Origin: an uncultured Candidatus Saccharibacteria bacterium
Lineage (GTDB): Bacteria > Patescibacteriota > Minisyncoccia > Phycocordibacterales > CAYSCM01
DNA length: 64,000 nucleotides
Reading direction: 5' to 3'
Assembly: GCA_964429815.1 (NCBI GenBank)
Contig: CAYSCM010000001.1
Location: 320,001-384,000, forward strand
Position numbers and translations under genes: made by a program. Positions 40,122 through 49,069 of this stretch are shown piece by piece. The notes below the pieces were generated by a model, which saw nothing but the letters and a program-made list of their open reading frames with translations, was not told the origin of the DNA and ran no database searches. Each line of letters opens with the position of its first letter. The first letter of the stretch is position 1.

Positions 40122-41267
40122 CGGATGGAGCCGCTCGCCTCGAAAATACGCCCCGAACAACTTTCTGACTTTTTCGGCCAGGAACATTTGGTCGGGAAGG
40201 GTAAGCCTCTGCGCGAGGCGATCGAAGGAGGGCACCTCTTCTCCTTCATCCTCTGGGGACCTCCCGGCTCCGGAAAGACCACCCTCGCGCGCATCTACGC
40301 AAAAGCCCTCAATGCCGAGTTCCACGAGCTCTCCGCCGTCGACTCGGGAAAGGACGACATTAAGGCGATCGTCGGGAAACGCGGCCAACTTGCGCTCGGC
40401 AAACCCAAGGTCCTCTTTATCGATGAGATACATCGATTCAACAAAGCCCAGCAGGATTTCCTGCTGCCGTTCGTCGAAAAAGGAGAACTCACGCTCATCG
40501 GGGCGACGACTGAAAACCCTTCTTTCGAGGTCATCCCCGCGCTTTTATCCCGCTGCCGCGTTTTTGTCCTCTCGGAGCTTTCAGAAAAGGATATGGAAAA
40601 GATACTCAAGCGGACGGGCTTCAAGATGGGCAGCGAGGCTAGAGGGTGGCTTATCCGGCAAGCAGGAGGTGATGCACGACAGGCTATAACGACGCTTGAA
40701 GCGGCGCACCGCCTCTACGGAAAAATTTCCGCCGAAACGCTCAGAGAGACCATTCAGAGCACGCACCTGCGGTACGACAAGAAGGGGGAAGAACACTACA
40801 ACACCGTTTCCGCGTTCATTAAGAGCATGCGTGCCTCGCAACCCGATGCGGCCCTCTACTATCTCGCACGGATGATCGAGGCAGGAGAGGACCCGCTCTT
40901 CATTGCACGCCGCATGGTCATTTTCGCAAGCGAGGACGTTGGCCTAGCCCAACCGACAGCGCTCGTCGTCGCCAACGAAGTGTTTCGGGCGTGCGAGACG
41001 ATAGGCTACCCTGAGTGCGCCATCAACCTTGCCCATGGCACTGCCTACCTTGCGACAGCGAAGAAAAATCGGGACTCCTACAATGCCTACCTTGCAGCAA
41101 TGGACGACGTGAAGACCTACGGCAACCTCCCCATACCGCTTAAGGTGCGCAATGCGCCGACAAAGCTTATGAAGGAGCTCGGGTACCACAAGGGCTACAA
41201 ACTCTATGACAGAGAAAGCTACCTTCCGGAAAAATTGAAGGGAAAAAAGTATCTCGGCGGGACCTAA
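40122..41267 (+). CDS. rarA: replication-associated recombination protein A (AAA+ ATPase)
   Basis: Start taken at MEPLASKIRPEQL; GPPGSGKTT Walker A, DEIHRFNK; MgsA C-terminal domain. Confidence 0.85.
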   Translation, partial: RMEPLASKIRPEQLSDFFGQEHLVGKGKPLREAIEGGHLFSFILWGPPGSGKTTLARIYAKALNAEFHELSAVDSGKDDIKAIVGKRGQLALGKPKVLFIDEIHRFNKAQQDFLLPFVEKGELTLIGATTENPSFEVIPALLSRCRVFVLSELSEKDMEKILKRTGFKMGSEARGWLIRQAGGDARQAITTLEAAHRLYGKISAETLRETIQSTHLRYDKKGEEHYNTVSAFIKSMRASQPDAALYYLARMIEAGEDPLFIARRMVIFASEDVGLAQPTALVVANEVFRACETIGYPECAINLAHGTAYLATAKKNRDSYNAYLAAMDDVKTYGNLPIPLKVRNAPTKLMKELGYHKGYKLYDRESYLPEKLKGKKYLGGT

Positions 41268-41290
41268 GCCCCCTTTGGTATACTCTCGCT

Positions 41291-41917
41291 ATGCACAGAA
41301 ACCTCATCGTCGGCTTCATCGCTCTTAGTGTCCTCGGGGTAGGCGGATACCTCCTCGTGGGAAGGTCTTTCTTGGGATCGGAGGTGAGCAGGAACCCTTC
41401 AGGACCGATGCAAAGTGGTTCCTTCCGCTCTCTTGCCGCGAGCGTGGCGCCGCGGCGCTGTTCCATCATAAGCGGCAGCGGCCCCTCTGCGACTAACGGA
41501 GTGCTCTACATCGCTTCGGGAAACGTCCGTGGCGACTTTACGGGCTCGGCGGGAGCCGGAAGCGTGGAGAGCCACATGATAGTGAAGAGGAATGTGAGCT
41601 ACATCTGGAGCTCGGCGACGGCGCAAGGTTTCAAGATGAGCGTCCCCTCGGCGTCCTCTGGCGGACAGGAGAGTGTCTCTGGGAGCCTCTCCTACGACCA
41701 GACGGTAGAGTATTCCTGCGAACCTTGGAGTGTCGACCAGTCGAAATTTTCTCTCCCGACGGGGATTTCCTTCTCCGACGTCTCTCAAGTGCAAAGCGGC
41801 GCCGCCGGAGCGGCCGGGAATGAGGGTCTGCGCGGAACGGCCGAGCAGTGCAAAGCGTGCGAGAGCCTCTCCGGCGCCCAGAAGGCGCAGTGTCTTGTCG
41901 CGCTCTCGTGCCAGTAA
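41291..41917 (+). CDS. hypothetical secreted protein
   Basis: 208 aa; signal anchor; Ser/Gly-rich. Confidence 0.5.
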   Translation: MHRNLIVGFIALSVLGVGGYLLVGRSFLGSEVSRNPSGPMQSGSFRSLAASVAPRRCSIISGSGPSATNGVLYIASGNVRGDFTGSAGAGSVESHMIVKRNVSYIWSSATAQGFKMSVPSASSGGQESVSGSLSYDQTVEYSCEPWSVDQSKFSLPTGISFSDVSQVQSGAAGAAGNEGLRGTAEQCKACESLSGAQKAQCLVALSCQ

Positions 41918-42319
41918 ATGATGGAGCGCGAGCGATTCGAAGAGCTGGTGACGCAGGAATTTCCGAATGCGGTACCGGAGAGATTCCGCGGTCATATCAA
42001 AAACGTCGCCCTCCTTGTCGAAGATGAACCCTCGGAGGAAGTTCGCGCCGAGGAAGGGCTTGCCGGCAACGAGACGCTCCTTGGTCTCTATCGAGGGATT
42101 CCCTACGATGACCGCGGCGGCCTCTATGGGGTGGGGGCGACGCTCCCGGATACCATAACGCTCTATCGAATACCCATTCTCGAGGAAGCGGGGGAGAGCG
42201 AGGAAAGGGTGCGGAAGATTATACGGGAGACCATCTGGCACGAGGTGGCGCATTACTTCGGGTTCTCGGAGAGAGACGTAGGGCGTCGCGAGGAAGACGG
42301 CACCAATTATTCACGCTAA
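41918..42319 (+). CDS. zincin-like metallopeptidase family protein (DUF1025-like)
   Basis: 133 aa; HExxH in WHEVAHYFG. Confidence 0.6.
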   Translation: MMERERFEELVTQEFPNAVPERFRGHIKNVALLVEDEPSEEVRAEEGLAGNETLLGLYRGIPYDDRGGLYGVGATLPDTITLYRIPILEEAGESEERVRKIIRETIWHEVAHYFGFSERDVGRREEDGTNYSR

Positions 42320-42328
42320 CCAAGATCC

Positions 42329-42724
42329 ATGTCCTATGCAGGCAATGTCATCAAGGAAACCGAGGAGAACCACTTTTTTCGAAAAGTTGTGTACACGGGA
42401 GAAAAATCCCAACTCGTCGTTATGGAAATTCCCGTTGGCGGAGACGTGGGGGAGGAAATACACGAGCACGTCGAACAGTGGCTTTTCTTTGAGGCAGGAA
42501 CCGGCAAAGCGGTCGTCGGAGAAAGGGAGTGGAGCGTGGGTAAGGGCGATGTTGTCATCGTGGCCGCAGAGACTCGACACAACTTCTTCAACGTCGGCTC
42601 GGAACCTCTCAAGATATATACGATCTACGTTCCGGCAAACCACATCGATGCGCGCATTCACAACACGAAGGCGGATGCCAAGAGGGATGCTCAAGATAAG
42701 GCATTCGGCGAGTGTGTCGTATAA
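42329..42724 (+). CDS. cupin-domain protein
   Basis: 131 aa; cupin_2 motif with His/Glu cluster (EEIHEHVEQW). Confidence 0.65.
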   Translation: MSYAGNVIKETEENHFFRKVVYTGEKSQLVVMEIPVGGDVGEEIHEHVEQWLFFEAGTGKAVVGEREWSVGKGDVVIVAAETRHNFFNVGSEPLKIYTIYVPANHIDARIHNTKADAKRDAQDKAFGECVV

Positions 42725-42804
42725 TTTGGGGATAAAAAACTTTGGGAAGAAAGCGCGCCGCGTATACTAACGTTATCGTAATTTTTTAGCAGCTGTTTGA
42801 TTTC

Positions 42805-43182
42805 ATGGACGAAAAAGAACCAATGATTGAGCGCAAGGCCTTCCAACAGTGGGCCGTGCTTGCCATCCTTATCCTTTCTCTGGCCGGGAACTACTTCCTC
42901 TACAAAGAAAACAGGAAGTTGTCGACGAACCCGCAGATCGCAGTTCAGCAGCAAATAGAGGCCATTGTCAGCAAGGTAAGCAAGCTCATCGTGCTTCCCT
43001 CCGACGAAACGCCGACCATCGTGACCATAGCCAACACGACCGATCTTAAAAATCAGCCGTTCTTCCAGAACGCCAAGCCTGGCGACCAGGTCATCATGTA
43101 CCCGAGCAATCGGCGCGTCATAATATACCGCCCGAGCGAGAACCGCATCATTGAAGTGGGGTTCATCAATATCGGCCATTAG
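42805..43182 (+). CDS. hypothetical membrane-anchored protein
   Basis: 125 aa; single TM. Confidence 0.45.
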   Translation: MDEKEPMIERKAFQQWAVLAILILSLAGNYFLYKENRKLSTNPQIAVQQQIEAIVSKVSKLIVLPSDETPTIVTIANTTDLKNQPFFQNAKPGDQVIMYPSNRRVIIYRPSENRIIEVGFINIGH

Positions 43183-43195
43183 GAAAAATTAGGGA

Positions 43196-43230
43196 AAACG
43201 CGCCGCCCGACGCGGCGCGTTTTGCTTTTG
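43196..43230 (+). terminator. intrinsic terminator
   Basis: aaaacgcgccgcccgacgcggcgcgttttgcttttg. Confidence 0.8.
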
Positions 43231-43262
43231 AAAAAGAAAGTGCGCCGAAAAATTTCGGCGCA

Positions 43263-44450
43263 CTAGGTGCACTGCGCGAGGCCTTCTATGGCCTTGCGGA
43301 AAATCTCCCTCCCGCGCTCGAGTACGCTCTCGCGGAGAGCGCGGTTCGCGGGGAAGAATATCTCGTCCATATACGCGCGGCTCTCGCGAGCGTACGGACA
43401 TTCAGGGTCTTCGTAGAGGTAGGTTCCGACCGCGTTACGCGCACAGACGGCCCACGAGCTCTTGAGGAGCTTATAGGTTCCTATCTCGACGCATAGCCCG
43501 AGAAAGAGGGCGCCATGCTCTCGGGCGAGCTCATCGGCGACGAGCGTTTCGATGACGCCGGACGAGTGGACCGCGATCGATTCGTCCGCAGCCGTCGCTT
43601 CGATGGTTCCCACCCCGAACATCCGCTCCATCCGTTCGTTCTCACGACCTCCTTTCGGAAAGTGGCTGATGAGCGAAAATTCCCCGGCTCTCCCCAGGCC
43701 GGTATGGAGATCGAGAAGAAGCACACGCTCGGCGCTTTTCGGGAGGCACCGGCGGACAATGCGACGAAGAGCGATGGCGCTTCTCGTCGGTCGACCATCG
43801 CCGGCATAAAAGACCCCCTGCGGGTAGTCTCCTTGACCGGTGCCAATGACACGCTTTAGTTTCCGTTTCCCCTCAGCAAGGCTCCACTTCCGGATCGCTT
43901 CAAGCAGCCAGAACTCGCAAACAGCTTTGAGGCACCCGGTGTAGCGCCAGAGGTCGGGGAGGCGCGGGTTGATATAAGGGTTGAGCTCGACGTACTCCGG
44001 CGACGTCGCTACTTTGGTAAGCGTTCCGTCGCGAAGCTTCCATGCTTCCCAATTCGCGCGGTTAGGATCGACATTGTTTTCATCGTTTCGGTGTGAGTGC
44101 GATGAGCCCCACGGGTTGAGGCCGTGGACGGCGAGCAGTCCGACGTGTGCCGGTGCTCTCTTATCCCACGCACCCATAAGCTCGTTTACTAGCATGGATC
44201 CCATGTAGAGCTCGGATCCATGGAGACCCGTCGTGACAAAAAGTACGCTCTGTGGCTCTGACGTCCCGCGATAGGCGGCAATGGTGACGAGCTCATCCTC
44301 GCCAACGCTCTTCCGGTACAAGCCGCGAATGCCTCGGCGCCAGAGACATTCGACGTGAATGATCGCACCGGCCGCTTCCGCCGCGGCGTAGAATGCTTTG
44401 CACGAGTCTGGAAACGTCGGCCTTGGCATCGTGAGTAGGCGATTGGACAT
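43263..44450 (-). CDS. M14-family metallocarboxypeptidase-like protein (DUF2817 / succinylglutamate desuccinylase-aspartoacylase-like)
   Basis: 395 aa; zinc motif HGSE (TGLHGSELY) and DLHTGLG. Confidence 0.6.
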   Translation of the reverse strand: MSNRLLTMPRPTFPDSCKAFYAAAEAAGAIIHVECLWRRGIRGLYRKSVGEDELVTIAAYRGTSEPQSVLFVTTGLHGSELYMGSMLVNELMGAWDKRAPAHVGLLAVHGLNPWGSSHSHRNDENNVDPNRANWEAWKLRDGTLTKVATSPEYVELNPYINPRLPDLWRYTGCLKAVCEFWLLEAIRKWSLAEGKRKLKRVIGTGQGDYPQGVFYAGDGRPTRSAIALRRIVRRCLPKSAERVLLLDLHTGLGRAGEFSLISHFPKGGRENERMERMFGVGTIEATAADESIAVHSSGVIETLVADELAREHGALFLGLCVEIGTYKLLKSSWAVCARNAVGTYLYEDPECPYARESRAYMDEIFFPANRALRESVLERGREIFRKAIEGLAQCT

Positions 44451-44537
44451 ACTGTCCCTCCTATCCTTGTCGAGGTACGACGTGCTCCTTTAATCCTATA
44501 CCCGAGCGGATGTGCGGGGAAGAGTACAATACAAGCT

Positions 44538-45611
44538 ATGGCCATCATCGGACACATAGACCTCGACGCCTTCTTCGCCTCCGTGGAGGAGCGCGACAAA
44601 CCCTTCCTCAAAGGAGAACCCATCGTCGTTGGTGCCGATCCGAAAGGGGGAAGCGGCCGTGGCGTCGTCGCGACCGCCAACTATAAAGCGCGCGAGTACG
44701 GCATACACTCGGCGATACCTATCTCGCAGGCATGGAAGCTCTCAGAGTTGGCACGAAAGTCGGGGAAACCCCAAGCGGTTTTTATCGTACCCTCCAGTCA
44801 CAAGTACGGGAAAGCTTCGAAGGAAGTTTTCAAGGTCGTGAGAAGTCACGTAACGAGCATCGAGGAAACCTCCGTCGATGAAGCGTACCTCGACCTCACC
44901 TTCACGAAAACTCTTTTGGGAGCGATCGCGCTCGCGCGCGCTGTGAAGCGCGATATCTATCGCCGTACGGGGCTTCGCGCGACGGTTGGCATCGGGCATA
45001 ACCGCATGATGGCAAAGATCGCAAGCGGCCATAAAAAACCAAATGGTCTCACGGTCGTCTCCGAACAAAAGGCCGAGAAATTCCTGGAACCACTTCCCGT
45101 TCGCATCTTGCCGGGCGTCGGCCCAAAGACCGAAGCGGCGCTTCGGCGCTATGGTGTAAAAACGGTCGGGGACGCTCGGAAATTCTCCTGGGTTGAGCTC
45201 GTCGAGCACTTCGGCTCATGGGGCTACGACCTGTATGAAAAAATCCGTGGCATCGCCCCGGCGAAGCTCTACAAGGACGAACCGTACAAATCGATCGGAG
45301 AGCACGAGACGTTTGAGACCGATACGGACGACCTCGACGCTATCATGAAAACGATAAGCGGCATGGCGGGAAGGCTCCTCAAACGACTTGTCCGTCACAA
45401 TTTTTCCGGCTTCAAGACGGTTGTCATCACGGTGCGTTTCTCCGATTTCACCACCAAGAACCGCTCGGTGACCGCCAAGGAAAAGATAGATAGCCAAAAA
45501 GTCCTCGAGGTGCGCGCGCTCAAGCTTCTCCTGCCGTTTTTCGACCGAAGCGAGAATCCCCGAAGGCTCCCGATACGGCTCGTAGGACTCAGGCTCGAAA
45601 AACTCGTTTAA
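44538..45611 (+). CDS. dinB: DNA polymerase IV (Y-family)
   Basis: 357 aa; IIGHIDLDAFFASVE, SVDEAYLD, little-finger domain. Confidence 0.9.
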   Translation: MAIIGHIDLDAFFASVEERDKPFLKGEPIVVGADPKGGSGRGVVATANYKAREYGIHSAIPISQAWKLSELARKSGKPQAVFIVPSSHKYGKASKEVFKVVRSHVTSIEETSVDEAYLDLTFTKTLLGAIALARAVKRDIYRRTGLRATVGIGHNRMMAKIASGHKKPNGLTVVSEQKAEKFLEPLPVRILPGVGPKTEAALRRYGVKTVGDARKFSWVELVEHFGSWGYDLYEKIRGIAPAKLYKDEPYKSIGEHETFETDTDDLDAIMKTISGMAGRLLKRLVRHNFSGFKTVVITVRFSDFTTKNRSVTAKEKIDSQKVLEVRALKLLLPFFDRSENPRRLPIRLVGLRLEKLV

Positions 45612-45634
45612 AAAGCGCGTGCTACAATAGCGCC

Positions 45635-46762
45635 ATGAAAAAACTCATAGTCGGCGCGGCGGCCCTCTTTGTCGTTGCCCTACCGGTCTCTGCCGCTACG
45701 ATGCGCGCGGGTAACGATTATATGCTCGGCCAGAACCAGACGGTCCCGGACAATCTCTACGCGGCAGCAAGCAACCTTACGCTCTCGGGCGTCGTCTTCG
45801 GTGACGCGCTGGTAGCGGGAAGGACGGTGCTCCTCAATGGGCTCGTCAAGGATGACGTCGCGGCCGCAGGGGGCACGGTTCAGCTCCTCTCGACGGTAAA
45901 CGGCGATGCGCGCGTCGCCGGAGGCGACGTAACGATCGGCGGCAAGATCGCCGGCGACCTCATCGTCGCCGGCGGCACCGTGCATGTGCTCCAGAGCGCT
46001 GTCATCGGAGGGGACGTCGTCATGCTCGGCGGGGCGCTCACCTTCGACGGGGTCGCTCTCAAAGATGTGCGCATGATAGGGGGCAGTGCTCTCATCCACG
46101 GCCTCATTACAGGCTCACTACGCGCAAATGTCTCGAAGACGGTCACCGTCGCGACCGGCGCTTCCATTAAGGGGAACTTCGATTACGCCGCCCCGACCCC
46201 GGCGACGGTCGAGAAAGGCGCCATAATCGGCGGGAAAATAACCGCGACGACGACACCGGCAGCGCCAAGCGAAACGCAGGCGATATTCGCAACCCTCGTC
46301 TCCATCGCACTCCTAACGAAATTCATTATCTTGGCGCTCGCCGCGGCGCTCCTCGTCTATTTCTTCCCCCGTGCGAGCTCCTCCGTCACGATGAAGACGC
46401 TCGCTGAAATTCCAAAGAACACCATTCTCGGCTTTACCGCGCTCGTCGTCATTCCGATTGCCTCCGTTCTCCTTATGGCGACAGTGCTTTTCTTCCCCTT
46501 TGGCATCCTCGTCCTCATCCTCTACGCGTTCCTTCTCGGGCTCTCCAAGCTCTACGTAGGCGTCGTCGCGGGGGCTCTTCTTTCTAAGTGGTTCGTGAAA
46601 AGGGAGGGGGTGAATGTTGGCTTTGCCATTCTCGGTACGGCGGCTATCGAGCTCGCCTCACTCATTCCTATCGTCGGCTGGATAGTCTCAGCGGTGTTTT
46701 GCCTCGCTACGTTTGGGGCCATTATGCGCATCCTCAGCGCCCGCTACGGCGCGCAGCGATAG
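45635..46762 (+). CDS. bactofilin-like (polymer-forming, beta-helical repeat) protein with C-terminal TM region
   Basis: 375 aa; signal peptide; repeated GG(D/T)V..(G/A)G motifs; about 4 C-terminal TM helices. Confidence 0.5.
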   Translation: MKKLIVGAAALFVVALPVSAATMRAGNDYMLGQNQTVPDNLYAAASNLTLSGVVFGDALVAGRTVLLNGLVKDDVAAAGGTVQLLSTVNGDARVAGGDVTIGGKIAGDLIVAGGTVHVLQSAVIGGDVVMLGGALTFDGVALKDVRMIGGSALIHGLITGSLRANVSKTVTVATGASIKGNFDYAAPTPATVEKGAIIGGKITATTTPAAPSETQAIFATLVSIALLTKFIILALAAALLVYFFPRASSSVTMKTLAEIPKNTILGFTALVVIPIASVLLMATVLFFPFGILVLILYAFLLGLSKLYVGVVAGALLSKWFVKREGVNVGFAILGTAAIELASLIPIVGWIVSAVFCLATFGAIMRILSARYGAQR

Positions 46763-47168
46763 TGTGGATAGCGGATTCTGTTATACTACGCTCTGGCACG
46801 CGTGAGTTCCTGCTTTTTACTGTCTAGCGTAGTGAGAGAAATCAAAGCTTGCTTTGGTTTCCGAGCGAGCGACGACAGCAAGGGTTCCAAGAACCCTTAG
46901 TTTGCCCCACAGCGCAAGGTCCTTCTTGTTAGATGGGGCAAATCGGAGATGAAAACAGCCCCCGCTCTCCCCTATATCAGCACAGCTGATCGGGCGATCA
47001 TCAGCATCGCTCGATGTTGATGATATAGCCGCGGCGGGCCGTTTTCGTTTTGCGCCTTACTTCAGGCTTATTTTTGCAAAAGAGAATGAATAAAACCGGG
47101 CGTCCCAATCGTCGGCACGTTCAGCGCCGACGCACGGAAGTAGCAGCGCCTGAGCGTAAACTTTGCAG

Positions 47169-47206
47169 TGGCGGCTCGTGCAAAAGCGAGCCGCCTTTTT
47201 CTTTTG
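47169..47206 (+). terminator. intrinsic terminator ending a non-coding stretch upstream of nth
   Basis: tggcggctcgtgcaaaagcgagccgcc + tttttctttt. Confidence 0.8.
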
Positions 47207-47223
47207 ATGCTACAATCCCGGCC

Positions 47224-47892
47224 ATGACTAAGGGGAAGGTGATTGAGCGGAGGGGAAGAATCTTGAGAATGAACACACTCCTGAAGCGGCTTTACCCAAA
47301 TGCAAAAATTGCCCTCCGTTACAGAAACAATTGGGAACTTCTTGTTGCGGTGCAACTTTCCGCGCAGTGCACGGACAAAACGGTCAATCGCGTTACGGAA
47401 AAGCTCTTCAAGAAGTACAAAACGCTCGACGACTACGTAAAGGCAGGTCCTCGAGAGTTCGAGCGGGATATTTTTCAAACGGGGTTTTACAAAAATAAGA
47501 CCAAAAACATTCTTGCGGCAGCGAAGCTCATCAAAGAAGACTACGGCGGCAGAATCCCTAAAACGATGAAAGAGCTGCTCCTCATTCCCGGTGTTGCACG
47601 GAAAACCGCGAATGTTGTTTTAGGGAACGCGCACGGTGTTGTCGAGGGTATCGCCGTCGACACGCACGTGCGCCGCTTTGCGCTCAAATTCGATCTAACC
47701 GACCACCGCGACCCGGTCAAAATCGAGCGCGACCTCATGGAGCTTTTGCCTAGGAAGGAGTGGTTTGCCTTTACCTACCGCATTATCGAATACGGCCGGA
47801 AGGTCTGCCCAGCACGCGTTCACGATTGTGCGGCTCATCCCCTTAGCAAAATCTACGCTCTCGCTGCGGGGCGCTTTCCCAAGGCGAAGTAA
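47224..47892 (+). CDS. nth: endonuclease III-family HhH-GPD DNA glycosylase
   Basis: Start at MTKGKVIERR after the terminator (ORF track's longer N-terminus runs through the terminator); HhH (LLIPGVARKTANVVLGNAHG) and catalytic Lys/Asp region; only 2 Cys at C-terminus. Confidence 0.75.
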   Translation: MTKGKVIERRGRILRMNTLLKRLYPNAKIALRYRNNWELLVAVQLSAQCTDKTVNRVTEKLFKKYKTLDDYVKAGPREFERDIFQTGFYKNKTKNILAAAKLIKEDYGGRIPKTMKELLLIPGVARKTANVVLGNAHGVVEGIAVDTHVRRFALKFDLTDHRDPVKIERDLMELLPRKEWFAFTYRIIEYGRKVCPARVHDCAAHPLSKIYALAAGRFPKAK

Positions 47893-47906
47893 GATAAAAT
47901 GATAGC

Positions 47907-48590
47907 ATGAGAAGGCTCGCCATCTTCGATATCGACGGGACCCTTTTCCGCTCCTCGCTCATCATCGAGCTCATCGAAGAGCTTATCGAGCAGGATATTT
48001 TCCCGAAATCCATGCGCGATATGTATCTGCGCGAGCAGGGGGCGTGGCTCGACCGGAGGGGAAGCTATGAGGACTATATAATGAAGCTCGTCGTTGCGTT
48101 CGAAAAGCATCTCAAGGGAGTTTCTTACAAAGACTTTACGGCGGCCGCGAAGGTCGTGACGGTGAAGAAGAAAGACCGTGTGTACCGATATACTCGTGAC
48201 CTCATTAAAAAACTGAAACAGGAGGACTACTACCTGCTCGCTGTTTCGCAATCCCCGAAGGCCATTCTCGAGCCCTTCGGCAAAGGTGTCGGCTTCGACA
48301 AAATCTACGGGCGCATCTACGAAGTGGGGCCGTCCGAGCGCTTCACGGGCGGCATTGAAGACCTCAATCTCATCGCGAACAAGGCAAATATCGTCAAGCG
48401 TGTCCTCGAAAAAGAAAAGCTCACGCTCGATGGCTCCGTCGGGGTGGGCGACACGGAGGGGGACATAGCGTTTCTCGAAATGGTCGAAGAGCCGATATGC
48501 TTCAATCCCAATGCCGCCCTCTACAAGCACGCCAAGCGGCTCGGCTGGAAGGTCGTCGTCGAGCGGAAGGACGTCGTGTATGAACTCTAA
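47907..48590 (+). CDS. HAD-superfamily hydrolase (subfamily IB-like)
   Basis: 227 aa; LAIFDIDGTL motif I. Confidence 0.75.
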   Translation: MRRLAIFDIDGTLFRSSLIIELIEELIEQDIFPKSMRDMYLREQGAWLDRRGSYEDYIMKLVVAFEKHLKGVSYKDFTAAAKVVTVKKKDRVYRYTRDLIKKLKQEDYYLLAVSQSPKAILEPFGKGVGFDKIYGRIYEVGPSERFTGGIEDLNLIANKANIVKRVLEKEKLTLDGSVGVGDTEGDIAFLEMVEEPICFNPNAALYKHAKRLGWKVVVERKDVVYEL

Positions 48591-48598
48591 GCACTTCT

Positions 48599-48838
48599 AT
48601 GAAGAAACTCTTTAGGAGTGAGAGGGATAGGCGCGTCGCCGGCGTCATCGGCGGAGTGGGGGAGTATCTCGACATCGACCCGACATTCCTGCGGGTCATT
48701 TTTATTTTCATCCTGGTCTTCAGCGGGTTTCTCCCCGCTACAGTCGTCTACCTCCTCGCTGTTTTGGTCATTCCGCGGCACCCGCGGATCTCAAAACCCA
48801 ACGCACTCCACTTTGACGCACAGGCGCATGACCTCTGA
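48599..48838 (+). CDS. PspC-domain protein
   Basis: 79 aa; RDRRVAGVIGGVGEYLDIDPTFLRVIFIF is the PspC signature. Confidence 0.7.
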   Translation: MKKLFRSERDRRVAGVIGGVGEYLDIDPTFLRVIFIFILVFSGFLPATVVYLLAVLVIPRHPRISKPNALHFDAQAHDL

Positions 48839-48874
48839 AGAAAAGACCGCCGGGGGTATGGCCGGCGGTTTTAG

Positions 48875-49069
48875 TCATTGACGCGATCGAAGGACGGCGG
48901 CTACGAAGAGCGCGAGGGCGATAAGGCCGATTCCTCCCCATAGCAATATTCCCCCAACGGTAAGTCCCCATGCATCGAAAGCGGGGAGCATGGACGGTTC
49001 CGTCGTTGCCGCACTTAGTATATCAGGATGATACAATGGCGTCGTGAACGCAGCGCCGACGTCCCGCAA
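48875..49069 (-). CDS. hypothetical small membrane protein
   Basis: 64 aa; one TM; overlaps start of mutY-like gene, so uncertain. Confidence 0.3.
   Translation of the reverse strand: MRDVGAAFTTPLYHPDILSAATTEPSMLPAFDAWGLTVGGILLWGGIGLIALALFVAAVLRSRQ

Noticed and set aside
41399-42253. 284-aa minus-strand ORF spanning three plus-strand genes
   Set aside because: Crosses intergenic regions of well-formed plus-strand genes (including a HExxH peptidase); Arg-rich antisense artefact.
46868-46905. tmRNA-like tag reading frame (ASDDSKGSKNP*) in the noncoding region
   Set aside because: No terminal hydrophobic (A/L)AA-type ending and no tRNA-like acceptor/T-arm (GGTTCGA.TCC...CCA) nearby.
47120-47150. 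SRP-RNA domain IV-like GGAAG(U)AGCAGC motif
   Set aside because: Flanking arms are direct rather than inverted repeats, so the GGAA-tetraloop helix 8 cannot form; kept only as a weak hint.
47050-47223. N-terminal 58 codons of the ORF-track nth frame
   Set aside because: This extension runs straight through a canonical intrinsic terminator (47169-47206); the real start is placed at ATG 47224.
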